Shown here piece by piece: positions 12,364-25,700 of a stretch of DNA of 64,000 nt. A model generated the notes under the pieces. The model was not told where the DNA came from. It worked only from the letters and a program-made list of their open reading frames with translations, and searched no databases. The first letter of the stretch is position 1. Each line of letters opens with the position of its first letter. Position numbers and translations under genes: made by a program. The stretch comes from Eimeria praecox (lineage: Eukaryota), in NCBI GenBank assembly GCA_963920595.1, contig OY986948.1, positions 5,146,001 to 5,210,000 of the forward strand. The letters are read 5' to 3'.

Positions 12364-13314
12364 GTACCCCCCTCCTCCAAGGCGCTGTTCTACGTGCATG
12401 CTCTTTTGAGAGTAGCTCGGGAGCAGTAGTAGCTGCGAACTTAGAAACACTCGTGCTTATAGGGAACGTGGAGGGAAGAAGCGTTTTCGTCTTATGTACG
12501 GTTTGCTCATTGTAGGTGGGTTTGTGGGTCTGGATGGGGAATGAGTACTGCATGGGGTGTTACACTGCCGAATGTACCGTAAGAAATGCTTGAGGAAGGG
12601 CCTGATTTCGAGGCTTGGTCACCTTGCAACAGTCATATTTGGCTATAATGCACACCTCACGTATTTGTTCGGCCTGCGTGAAGTGCCCTATGGGTAAGTT
12701 TCCGGAGGGTGAGAGCAGAGCAGGTGAAGATGCAAACGTGCACGGATTTGAAGTCAGGCAGCAGTCATACACAAGGCTCGAAGCCGCCGTTGTGAAGGAG
12801 ATGAAGGGCATGGAATCTGTTCGCAACGTCTAAGGAATTAGGTAATACACTCGAAGCAACTCTCACGGTGCCGTGTATGCAAGCACGTCTTTGACAAAGC
12901 CTAGATTGGTCACAGAGCTGAGATATTGCATGTTGGTCAGGACAGCAGGCCAGCAGTAGCGTGGTCTGCTACGGCCTGTCCGTAGATACTCTTTTCTTGA
13001 GCTCCTTTTGTATTTTGGAGCATTGGTTGTAATTAATCCCGTTAACTGTGGGGACAGGCGTTTGCACAGGCAGCAACGAGGGCTTTCACGGCACATGCTG
13101 TGTGGCATTGGCTGCAGTGTTGGACACAAGGCGCATACGGCGCCTCCTGCGGCTTGTCTTACATGCATGCGTTTTGAGCTATGTTAGGCATCAGGCTAGC
13201 AATGATCCCGAATATTTACAGAGTGCAAGAAGATGCATTGACAGCGTATGGCGTTTGGCAATATGTTTGGTGCCTTGCAGAAGGTGCGCATGGTGGCTCA
13301 TATTGGCTGACTGT

Positions 13315-16300
13315 CCATCCTCGTGCTTAGAGCGAGGATTGCGTTCAGGAGCATAGGCAGGTATTGGAACCGTTGAGCAGAGGAGCAGGCATATGCATGG
13401 AGGGCAGAAAGGTGCGTTGACGGGGTAAGCTGAATGGCAGTAGACGCGGTGTTTCACAGACGGTGCGTACAGTGTCTGCTTTGGTGTGTCTATCCTCCCT
13501 GGAGGTTTAAACACTTTTCGTGTTTCGAAGGATAGTTTAGTATTGGCTGGGTACGGTAACGGATATTTGCAGAGAGAGCAACAAGGGGTTCCAGGATGGA
13601 TGGCGTGTGGCAGTAGATATGGTTCCTTCACAGCCGGTGAGCTGTTTGGTTTTCTGTGGCCAGTCCGGTGCATCCAATATGACGTATCGCATGCTGCCGA
13701 AGCAGCTAGCCATTGGATCTGCATCTGCAGTGCCTATGTCGTAGGATATTCGTTGCCGTAGTTTTGGTGCGCATTGAGGCGAGCTGACGCATTGCCCACC
13801 TCGCAGAATGGTGTCGCTGGTTTAACGAAGCCTATTGTCCAGCCTGTACGCATGTTGGCTTGCTTGATGTGCATGATGCTTGTGAAGTCGAATCGTCACT
13901 GGACGCATAGTGAAGAAGGATACAGCATGCCCGGAAAGCTGTGCCAATCCGCACTGTTTACAAGCGTTCTGCAGCACGAGTAGCCGACTTACTTGCCTAC
14001 GCAAGGCCTGCTGGCTGCTTTGGAAGCCATATACTGAATTCGAATGCTTTCTATGTCTCAGGTCAATCTCTCAAAACCTTGGACCAAGCGGATGTGGATA
14101 TTCTGCTACCGTAGGTGATAAGCGGAGCCGTACGACGGATCTCGTCTGAGTGGTGCATAACCAACGCAGGGAGTGGGTCTGCATAGGTGAAGTGTGAAAT
14201 CCAAGACAAGCAAGCTCTGTTTGAGGAGGCGATACTCGCCATGCCTTTTCATCGAAAAGCGCGATGCTCATGGTAACGGCTTGATGAATATACCGAACAA
14301 ACAACCACGCTTTGCCTGAACAATCCTGCCCAGAAAATCAAGGCATGCATAGGATAACTGGAGGAAGAGGGCGAGACAGTCGAGATGGCAGTGTGCGGAG
14401 GCGACCAACGGGGAGGCCTCTGAAAGGGCCGTAGATAGGGCGTCACTCTGCTTGCTCATCGGCTGCCGACTTTGGATTTGCTTCCGTGAGCGGCTGCAAT
14501 GGTATAAGCATCTCCTCCAGAGAGCATGATCGCAGACAGTTGAATACGCTGAATAAATGCTCGTCTTGATGGCCCTACAAATCCTTCTGCGAATCCTGCT
14601 TAGAAACCTGCAAGCGCATTGAAGCGCAAGCGTGCCAGTGCGCGAAGGGGCGATTCTTCTTGTGCAAAAAAGCCTACAAGAAGAAATGCCATTTACTTCG
14701 TCATGAGCGTGCTCAGCCCATTGCTTCCTATGGTGTGCGAAAACTTTATGACGGCATGGGACTTGGATGAGCTTGGCTTTGTCGGGGCACTAAACTAAGC
14801 AAGCATTCCTGCGCCTTGTAGCCTGGCGGCAGGCTGACTTGGGTTTACATTTGCCTTCGCCGGCGCCAGTCGTTTATCGACTTTCCTAAGCTAATGGAAA
14901 TTGTGCTGAGAATTTGCGACTGTCCGGTCAGCGCGTATGCAAGCAGTTCTTACAAGCCGTTTTTTCGTTGCTTATGAGTCATTAACAAGCGGCGTAGCCA
15001 GCCAGTGTTCAGCAGGGTGCTTGCATGCATGCTGTAGTGTTGTTTCGCTTCACTTGCAGCACAGCAGCACAGCGTGGAGTTGTGGGATGCTTGCCGAACA
15101 CATACATGAGAGGTGATAATTGGGTAGGCAGCAACCAGCTTTTTAGCCCAGAGGTGTATAACCGCCTGGTGGGACGCAGCTGGTGCGGTTCGCTGCACCT
15201 GCAGCTGTAGATATCCAGCTGTATATCTCCATGCAAATGCCCTCTTGAAGGGGCTGACGTGCTACGTGCGTTCACGTGGGATGAATGGAAGAATCCGACA
15301 GTGTTTACCATTTCGAAGGTTTGGTGGATTAGGACTAACGAACTAAGTGGCAAGCAATTGTATTGGTAGGGGGCATAAACGTAGTAGTGCCAGCGCGTTA
15401 TAACCAGATCCATTGTGAGCTTGGAACCCCACAAGAAGTGATGCGCTATGCCTCCTTATCACAATGTGCTCCCCTAACCATGGATTGCGAGCTGTGTCTA
15501 ACAACATGGGGGCTCGAGTGGCTTTGAGCTCAGGTGGCCCTGCATCGAGCAGAGTAGTCATGCTTCCCGTTGTTTGGCGGTACCCTGGTTTGGGTGTGCG
15601 CCTGTCTGACAAGGGTTTTCCAATGCCATGACGAAGTAGCAGGTGCTAGAATGATAGCTGAATGGCCTTTCGCTCGGGTTTGCTTTAGAGCGTAAGCTGG
15701 CACCAGAAGACGTTTCTCAACTGCCCAAGCAAACTTGATAGAGCCTGTTAGAAGAGTGTATTAAAGAGCCTGTGACTTTCTAGGTTAAATTTAAACGGAG
15801 GGCGCTCGAAAGAAGCACTTCAAGCACCAGCTTTTCTCGTAGCGATTGAACGTTATACGATGCAGAATAACAAGCACTATTTGGGCAGGCACTACCTGGG
15901 CAGGTATCCAGTGAAACTGCATCCGCAGTGCCTACATGTTTGTACCTTGACTTCCCCTGTTCTGGCTTTTCAAGTCGATGAGCTGCCACATGGTCACGTA
16001 GCGTGCTGGGAGCACAGTGATCAAGGCTGTGGCGCGACCGTGGCCACAATGCTCAGGGCATGCGCAGTTTCATACACGTTAGAAGCGCCGCAAACGCGAC
16101 ATTGTGTGCCATTTCAAAGAATCGACCAAATCAGTTCGTATGCCTCCCGTCAGTTTGCTTGGTTTGCGGTTAAGTGCTGTGGCGATGATCCTCCCAGTGT
16201 ATGCTTTAGTCTAAACGTCGGGATTCTGTCCATAAAATGAGAGTCTTCTCCAGGCGCAGGAGCAGACAGACAGAATGTTCACGCTTCGCTGCGAGTAGAA

Positions 16301-19300
16301 GGCATTGCATTGCATGCGAGTGCATCTATATCAAAGGCTTGATGCTTCCAGTTCGTTGACCCAAATTCGGTGATATTCGTCTAGTTGTGACGCTGCGTAC
16401 GACCCCCCTCCGATGCGTCTTAATGAACTTGTCTTTTTTCAAGGGAACTGCAGGCAAAGCCTGCTAAATGAAAACGGCGAGCCGGAAGGGCATTTGCTCT
16501 TTGCGAAGTATACATACCTGTTTAGCAAGTAAGCAGGCAATATTCTAACACTATTTCGAAGTCGGAGCTATCAGGGGGCGGGCTGTGCGCAGCGGTGTTC
16601 CAACAACCACAAATAATTTACTTCCCATGCTATTCGCCCTGTGCTCTTTATTTTACTAGTGGGAGCGTTTCCAAGCAGGCAAACAGGCCAAGGCCCGCCT
16701 AACGAAGCGGCTGGCAGGCTGCTTAATCGGGATTGGGACATTTATTGGACTACATTATTCTTCGCGCGCGACGCAGAGTGCCCAATGCAATCTAGCGTTG
16801 GTGTGCAATGGGTTCGAAAAAGATGCAACTTGAGCGAGGAGCCCACAAAAGGAGACGTCTTTTGCCTACTTATCCAGCAGTGCTCCACTATGCATGAACT
16901 GCCAGTACTGTGCAACGATACGGGGATTCCAGCGGATTTGCACTGGCAAGGCTCCAAACGAAGTAGAGCACTCATGCGTCTCGCAGTCCTGCGGCAGGCT
17001 GGTTTGGGCTTCCGCCTGCCCCAAAAGGTTGAGGTACCCCCCTTGCCACAGCCGAAGGTGCTGAAGTTAGGTCCGAGCGGCATTTCGCTCGTTTTTATCA
17101 TAGCCTGTAAGCTGCCGCCACCATTGGTGTCTTGCCTGCCCATCCGCATTTCATTATATCTGCTAGAGAAGTGTAAAACGCCAGCAATCGTGTAGGCTGA
17201 GGTGTCAAGGCAAGTGTTCGAAGAAACCACTTAAAACATAAGGTTTGCTGCGCAACGATTAAACGCTACAAGCGCTCGACTATTCAAGTTACGATACTAC
17301 GTACCACCTGGGCAACTGCTTAATGAAGCTCCACCTGCTGTGCGGATATCTTAAGAAATTCGCCCCGTATTGTGGGTCTTTGAAGAATAGAAGCGTATGG
17401 CGCTGCAATGCTGCTTAGTAGTGCACTGCCTGCCTGGAAATGTGAACGCTCGCTATTCAAGCAACAGCAACACGTCAATACCTCATTTGTCTAGCCTGTA
17501 CGCCCATTGGCTTGTCTGATACATCGGAATGCCGTTCAAGGCCATGCGGAGGGTAAAGGAGGAAACGGCATGGCTGGCTGCTTGTGCCAGCCAACCCGCA
17601 CTCATGCCAAGCACTTTGAAGTATGACCGGCGGAGTCTCCTGTCTAGAGTTATTTCGGTAGTTGGTTTTGAGTGCGCGGATGAATTTCGGCTCGTTGAAT
17701 GCTGTAGGTTCGTCCGCAAAGACGTTGCGGGAAGCGGATGTGGATATACTGCAGCCTTAGGTTGGAACGTTCGGAGCTTTACGACGGATTTGGTGCTTTG
17801 GATGCGAAATCAACGCAGGAAGTAGGTTTGCATATATGGAATGGGAAATCGAAAAAGAGCCTTTGCTTGAGGGGGAGACGTGCACTACGAGACTGCGTTG
17901 GTGGCAGTTGTCCCTACTTTGACGCAGTTACTTACCCGCCTTTGCGTTTAGAGTAGGTGCAGTTTGTGAATGCATCAATGGCTTTAAACCGAGCTAGGCA
18001 TCTCACAGAAAGGTTGTCATTGAACTGCAGCACATAGTAAACAAGAAGACCACGGGAGGCAGGCCGTCGGCATCCACGCTGCGGATGTTTTCTGAAGCTT
18101 TAAACATTTGGCATTTGCGTTGGTCTTCCAGCAGGAGGTGATTCGAAGAGGGCGGCCCTTGCATCCAGCTGCCTCGTTTATCAGTCGGTAAGGAGCTTGG
18201 GGGAGGATGGGTCGCCGTGGTAGAAATCGCCTTCCTCTGCTGTTAGAAGCATACGCCGTAAGTGACGGAGATCTAATGTGGCTGCATGTGGGGACATCGT
18301 GGGGTGATGCAACGTGTGTGGGCGGCTGTATGTGGGCTGTGTGGCGAAGCCTTCTTTCGCGATAGTATCACACGCTGTTTTGGCCAGGACGTATGCGCCT
18401 AGAATCACTTCACCCTTGGTCTCCTTTGGTATCTACTGAGGCGAGTTCTTTGGGCACTACGATATGCGTTTGCGAACCATGGTCGGGCATCACAAACGGT
18501 GCCCGACCCTGTCTCAGGCAATCGGTGAGACAGCAAATGCAGAGCGCACTGCATGGCTGGAGACAGCAACGAATACGCATTGGTTTTTATCAAGCTTTTA
18601 GCAGGTTTGACAGCCAGCCCGGATATGTATGATGGCATTTGTTTTCCATGCGACGGGAGTAGCGGAGGGCAGGACAGGGCCGGTGGCGCAATCAACATGA
18701 ACTGGGCAAATGCTGATGGTCCTTGGACGGAAGAAGGCGGGAATTGTGTCCTATTGCTCCTATTGCTCACCTATTGGTAAATAGAGAAGCAAACAAAACT
18801 CATAGTATAGGCGTGTGCTTTTTCATTGGCAAGGTTAGATCAGCTGTATTCTGTAAACGGCAAGTGAAATTGCCCTATATGCCTCAACGTTTCGTTCAAG
18901 AGCTGGGTTGAGTGCATGCTACGTGCATCGCAAGCGCAAGCCGTTCATGCCAGCATATGTCCGCGTTCAGTGGGAGATCCCCTTTCCTTGCTGAGGTAAC
19001 GCGCATTTTGCCCAGGAAGTATGCGCATATAATAGCGGACAGATGGGGGAGGGTGTTGAAGGGGGGGTAACGGCCAGCGTTCGAAGTAACAAATTTGTGG
19101 CATCGTAAGCGCATGGACGTTATGCTACCGGTTCTTTAACGGGATCACACTATGGGAGAAGCGTTAATGCAGGTATAGCTGAGCTTCGCAAAGCTTTCAT
19201 GCTTGCTTTAGGAAACGTGCACACCCCTGAGCGGCAGGGAATCATCTCGTTATGCTGATGCACATCTTTGGCATTCCTTAGGCTTGGTGCTTCAGTGCCT

Positions 19301-22300
19301 CGGTTTGCATTACGGTATGTTATTAGAAGGTGCTGTGTGGACTGGCTAAGACAGCATGTGTGCAGTGCGACACAGATCAGGCGCGGCGAAGGCGAGGTCC
19401 GATGCACCTGGCCGAGTGGTAGGCGGGGTGGGGTCGGTGGTGCGGCTCGGAGTGCTGATCTACACCGGCATGCCTGTGCCTAATATGAGTGAGCGTACAG
19501 CACCTAGTTATGGGCGGGCGCATAGCTTGGCGATATCACTGGAATTGTATGGTTCTCAAGTGCGTGCATGCGGCACGTCTATCTTTGTCATTCAGTATGC
19601 TGTTCTCGCTGTTCAAGCTTTATCGCACCTGCGCGTAAAAGGCTGAACAACGGGTTGGATGATCCTGTATTCTGCGCGCGCCCTCCATTCATCGTACCCT
19701 AGAAGCTTTTCTATTGCCGTCGGCCTTTCAGCAGAAAGCGACTTGATGCAGCGCTCCTACGGAGCTATGATGAATATGCATGCTGCGCTTATTGAAGGCG
19801 ATTACATGCTCGCAGATGTACAGATGCGGCATTCAGTGGCGTGTCATGCTGCTCAGGCCGTATGCGCTTAGTTTTCATCGACAGTTGTGAAGGTTTCCAG
19901 AGGGCTGCAGAGAGCACCCTGAGCCGCGAATGTGAGGCCTGCTGAGGCCATGCACCTACTCCGAGTCATATTCGTATTTGCATGCCGGCGTGGTCGGTGC
20001 GTAAACGCTGGTGTTTTTGTGTGTTCAGCAACATATGCGTTTGTAGAAGGGAACTTGCTCAAACAGGGGAGGCGCGGAATGGCTTTGCTTGAGCAGTGCG
20101 ATTCTTCGGTGTTCTTAGTGGAAGAAGGGTGGCGCGAAGGTTGTATTTGCATTTGCTGGAGAGGTTCTGGTATTACAAGGTGCACGACAAGCTACCGCTG
20201 TATGGGGTTATTCCAGTATCAGTGCAGCCCGATGCAATACAAAATCCAGGATTCTGACTATTTAGGGAGCGGGACGGGTGATGGCCGATGTGGTGTAAGC
20301 ACTGTGGTGCGGACGACTGCTGTGCATGGGTCTGCGTAGGTGGACGTGCAGCAAGTATTTTGATGCTGGTGATTGGCTTTACGCGAGATGTGGAAATGTT
20401 TGGTCTTCGCGTGAATGGTTTGCGCGAGTGTGTGCATAATGGTCAGTCATTTTGCGCTTCTTGTAATCAAGGTTTGGGCGGTTGTAGAGGGAATTGCGTG
20501 ATCTGCGTGGTGACCTGTGCTGCCTTGCGCAGGTGCAGGTCAGGCCATTTATCATATATTGCAAGCTTTTCCTGTCTCATCGGCCTTTCATGAAAATCCT
20601 GCTCTTAGTTGTTGCCTAGCATGAGCAGCTGCTTTGTGCCGTGGACAAGCATTGTGGGAAGGCCGTGATTTTTATGGAATGCTTTTTCAGAGAATTGGTT
20701 GATGCGCATGCTGTTTCATGCATCGAAGGCGAGGGTACTTCTTGCGCTCGTATAAGGTAAATCCGTCATGCCTGTCGTCTTTGTTGCAACGGCGTGTGCG
20801 ATGTACAGGAAGTATGCGCATAAATTGTATTAGGCATTGTGGAGGTGTTGAAATAGCTGCCGGGAGTACTCTGAGGAGCGAGTGTGAGGCCTGCTGAGGC
20901 CATGCACGTAGTTCGAGCCAGAGTTTGATTGGCATGTCGGCTTGGCCGGCAGGTGAAACTGTGCGTTCAGCAACATATACGTTTGTAGAAGGGAACTTGG
21001 ACGAGCATGGGAAGCGCGGAATGGCTTTGCTTGAGCAGTGCGATTCTTCGGTGTTCTTAGGGGAAGGGTGGCGCGGAGGTTGTATTTGCATTTGCCGGAG
21101 AGGTTCTGGCATTACAAGGTGCCGGACAAGCTACCGATGTATCTGGTTATTGCAGTGTCAGTGCAGCGCAATGCAATACAAAATCCAGGATTCTGACTAT
21201 TTAGGGAGCGGGACGGGTGATGGCCGAGGTGGTGTAAGCACTGTGGTGCGGACGACTGCTGTGCATGGGTCTGCGTAGGTGGACGTGCAGCAAGTATTTT
21301 GATGCTGGTGTTTGGCTTTACGCGAGATGTGGAAATGTTTGGCCTTCGCGTGAATGGTTTGCGCGAATGTGTGCATAATGGTCAGTCATTTTGCGCTTCT
21401 TGTAATCAAGGTTTTGGCGGCTGTACAGGAAATTGCGTGATCTGCGTGGTGACCTGTGCTGTTTTGCGCAGGTGCAGGTCAGGCCTTTCATGTCTCATCA
21501 GCCTTTCATGAAAATCCTGCTCTTAGTCGTTGCCTAGCGTGTGCAGCTGCTTTGTGTCGTGGACAAGCATTGTGGGAAGGTCGTGAATTTTATGGAATGC
21601 TTTTTCAGAGAATTGGCCGATGCATATGTTGTTGGATACATGGAAAGGGACCTTAATTCGTTCGTGCGTATAAGGCAGATCCGTCACGGTTGTCGTTTCT
21701 GTTTCCACGGCGTGTATGATGCTCAGGACGTATGCGCATAAATTGTATTAGCCGTTGTGGAGGTGTTGAAATAGCTGCCGGGAGTACTCTGAGCAGCGAG
21801 TGTAAGGCCTGCTGAGGGTACGCCCCTCCTCCAAGGCGCTATTCTACGTGCATGCTCTATTGCGAGTAGCTTGGGAGCAGTAGTAGCTGCGAACTTAAAA
21901 ACATTCGTGCTTATAGGGAACGTGGAGGGAAGAAGCGTTTTCGTCTTATGTACGGTTTGCTCATTGTAGGTGGGTTTGTGGGTCTGGATGGGGAATGAGT
22001 GCTGCATGGGGTGTTACACTGCCGAATGTACCGTAAGAAATGTTTGAGGAAGGGCCTGATTTCGATGCTTGGTCACCTTGCAACAGTCATATTTGGCTAT
22101 AGTGCACACCTCACGTATTTGTGCTGCCTGCGTGAAGTGGCCTATGGGTACGTTTCCGGAGGGTGAGAGCAGAGCAGGTGAAGATGCAAACGTGCACGGA
22201 TTTGAAGTCAAGCAGAAGTCATACACAAGGCGCGAAGCCGCCGTTGTGAAGGAGATGAAGGGCATGGAATCTGTTCGCAACGTCTAAGGAATTAGGTAAT

Positions 22301-22768
22301 ACATTCGAAGCAACTCTCACGGTGCCGTGTATGCAAGCACGTCTTTGACAAAGCCTAGATTGGACACAGAGCTGAGATATTGCATGTTGGTCAGGACAGC
22401 AGGCCAGCAGTAGCGTGGTCTGCTACGGCCTGTCCGTAGATACTCTTTTCTTGAGCTCCTTTTGTATTTTGGAGCATTGGTTGTAATTAATCCCGTTAAC
22501 TGTGGGGACAGGCGTTTGCACAGGCAGCAACGAGGGCTTTCACGGCACATGCTGTGTGGCATTGGCTGCAGTGTTGGACACAAGGCGCATACGGCGCCTC
22601 CTGCGGCTTGTCTTACATGCATGCGTTTTGAGCTATGTTAGGCATCAGGCTAGCAATGATCCCGAATATTTACAGAGTGCAAGAAGGTGCATTGACAGCG
22701 TATGGCGTTTGGCAATATGTTTGGTGCCTTGCAGAAGGTGCGCATGGTGGCTCATATTGGCTGACTGT
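13315..22768. repeat. Large unit copy 2 (9454 bp; two 918-type sub-repeats)
   Basis: Anchor-to-anchor distance. Shorter than copy 1 by one sub-repeat plus small indels. Confidence 0.95.
19932..21817. repeat. 918-bp tandem sub-array, cluster 2 (2 copies)
   Basis: Cores at ~20265 and ~21204. Confidence 0.96.
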
Positions 22769-25700
22769 CCATCCTCGTGCTTAGAGCGAGGATTGCGTTC
22801 AGGAGCATAGGCAGGTATTGGAACCGTTGAGCAGAGGAGCAGGCATATGCATGGAGGGCAGAAAGGTGCGTTGACGGGGTACGCTGAATGGCAGTAGACG
22901 CGGTGTTTCACAGACGGTGCGTACAGTGTCTGCTTTGGTGTGCCTATCCTCCCTGGAGGTTTAAACACTTTTCGTGTTTCGAAGGATAGTTTAGTATTGG
23001 CTGGGTACGGTAACGGATATTTGCAGAGAGAGCAACAAGGGGTTCCAGGATGGATGGCGTGTGGCAGTAGATATGGTTCCTTCACAGCCGGTGAGCTGTT
23101 TGGTTTTCTGTGGCCAGTCCGGTGCATCCAATATGACGTATCGCATGCTGCCGAAGCAGCTAGCCATTGGATCTGCATCTGCAGTGCCTATGTCGTAGGA
23201 TATTCGTTGCCGTAGTTTTGGTGCGCATTGAGGCGAGCTGACGCATTGCCCACCTCGCAGCATGGCGTCGCTGGTTTAACGAAGTCTATTGTCCAGCCTG
23301 TACGCACGTTGGCTTGCTTGATGTGCATGATGCTTGTGAAGTCGAATCGTCACTGGACGCACAGTGAAGAAGGATACAGCATGCCCGGAAAGCTGTGCCA
23401 ATCCGCACTGTTTACAAGCGTTCTGCAGCACGAGTAGCCGACTTACTTGCCTACGCAAGGCCTGCTGGCTGCTTTGGAAGCCATATACTGAATTCGAATG
23501 CTTTCTATGTCTCAGGTCAATCTCTCAAAACCTTGGACCAAGCGGATGTGGATATTCTGCTACCGTAGGTGATAAGCGGAGCCGTACGACGGATCTCGTC
23601 TGAGTGGTGCATAACCAACGCAGGGAGTGGGTCTGCATAGGTGAAGTGTGAAATCCAAGACAAGCAAGCTCTGTTTGAGGAGGCGATACTCGCCATGCCT
23701 TTTCATCGAAAAGCGCGATGCTCATGGTAACGGCTTGATGAATATACCGAACAAACAACCACGCTTTGCCTGAACAATCCTGCCCAGAAAATCAAGGCAT
23801 GCATAGGATAACTGGAGGAAGAGGGCGAGACAGTCGAGATGGCAGTGTGCGGAGGCGACCAACGGGGAGGCCTCTGAAAGGGCCGTAGATAGGGCGTCAC
23901 TCTGCTTGCTCATCGGCTGCCGACTTTGGATTTGCTTCCGTGAGCGGTTGCAATGGTATAAGCATCTCCTCCAGAGAGCATGATCGCAGACAGTTGAATA
24001 CGTTGAATAAATGCTCGTCTTGATGGCCGTACAAATCCTTCTGCGAATCCTGCTTAGAAACCCGCAAGCGCATTGAAGCGCAAGCGTGCCAGTGCGCGAA
24101 GGGGCGATTCTTCTTGTGCAAAAAAGCCTACAAGAAGAAATGCCATTTACTTCGTCATGAGCGTGCTCAGCCCATTGCTTCCTATGGTGTGCGAAAACTT
24201 TATGACGGCATGGGAGTTGGATGAGCTTGGCTTTGTCGGGGCACTAAACTAAGCAAGCATTCCTGCGCCTTGTAGCCTGGCGGCAGGCTGACTTGGGTTT
24301 ACATTTGCCTTCGCCGGCGCCAGTCGTTTATCGACTTTCCTAAGCTAATGGAAATTGTGCTGAGAATTTGCGACTGTCCGGTCAGCGCGTATGCAAGCAG
24401 TTCTTACAAGCCGTTTTTTCGTTGCTTATGAGTCATTAACAAGCGGCGTAGCCAGCCAGTGTTCAGCAGGGTGCTTGCATGCATGCTGTAGTGTTGTTTC
24501 GCTTCACTTGCAGCACAGCAGCACAGCGTGGAGTTGTGGGATGCTTGCCGAACACATACATGAGAGGTGATAATTGGGTAGGCAGCAACCAGCTTTTTAG
24601 CCCAGAGGTGTATAACCGCCTGGTGGGACGCAGCTGGTGCGGTTCGCTGCACCTGCAGCTGTAGATATCCAGCTGTATATCTCCATGCAAATGCCCTCTT
24701 GAGGGGGCTGACGCGCTACGTGCGTTCACGTGGGATGAATGGAAGAATCCGACAGTGTTTACCATTTCGAAGGTTGGTGGATTAGGACTAACGAACTAAG
24801 TGGCAAGCAATTGTATTGGTAGGGGGCATAAACGTAGTAGTGCCAGCGCGTTATAACCAGATCCATTGTGAGCTTGGAACCCCACAAGAAGTGATGCGCT
24901 ATGCCTCCTTATCACAATGTGCTCCCCTAACCATGGATTGCGAGCTGTGTCTAACAACATGGGGGCTCGAGTGGCTTTGAGCTCAGGTGGCCCTGCATCG
25001 AGCAGAGTAGTCATGCTTCCCGTTGTTTGGCGGTACCCTGGTTTGGGTGTGCGCCTGTCTGACAAGGGTTTTCCAATGCCATGACGAAGTAGCAGGTGCT
25101 AGAATGATAGCTGAATGGCCTTTCGCTCGGGTTTGCTTTAGAGCGTGAGCTGGCACCAGAAGACGTTTCTCAACTGCCCAAGCAAACTTGATAGAGCCTG
25201 TTAGAAGAGTGTATTAAAGAGCCTGTGACTTTCTAGGTTAAATTTAAACGGAGGGCGCTCGAAAGAAGCACTTCAAGCACCAGCTTTTCTCGTAGCGATT
25301 GAACGTTATACGATGCAGAATAACAAGCACTATTTGGGCAGGCACTACCTGGGCAGGTATCCAGTGAAACTGCATCCGCAGTGCCTACAAGTTTGTACCT
25401 TGACTTCCCCTGTTCTGGCTTTTCAAGTCGATGAGCTGCCACATGGTCACGTAGCGTGCTGGGAGCACAGTGATCAAGGCTGCGACGCGACCGTGGCCAC
25501 AATGCTCAGGGCATGCGCAGTTTCATAAACGTTAGAAGCGCCGCAAACGCGACATTGTGTGCCATTTCAAAGAATCGACCAAATCAGTTCGTATGCCTCC
25601 CGTCAGTTTGCTTGGTTTGCGGTTAAGTGCTGTGGTGATAGCGATGATCCTCCCAGTGTATGCTTTAGTCTAAACGTCGGGATTCTGTCCATAAAATGAG

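Larger units (their letters stand above)
2936..13314. repeat. Large unit copy 1 (10379 bp; three 918-type sub-repeats)
   Basis: Anchor-to-anchor distance. Unit phase is set by the right end of the array and is otherwise arbitrary. Confidence 0.95.

Noticed and set aside
2936..13314. Large unit as a tandem LTR retrotransposon with the 918-bp repeats as LTRs
   Set aside because: I find no gag, RT or integrase motifs, no clear TG...CA ends, primer-binding site or target-site duplication, and the interior is itself homologous to the monomer family.
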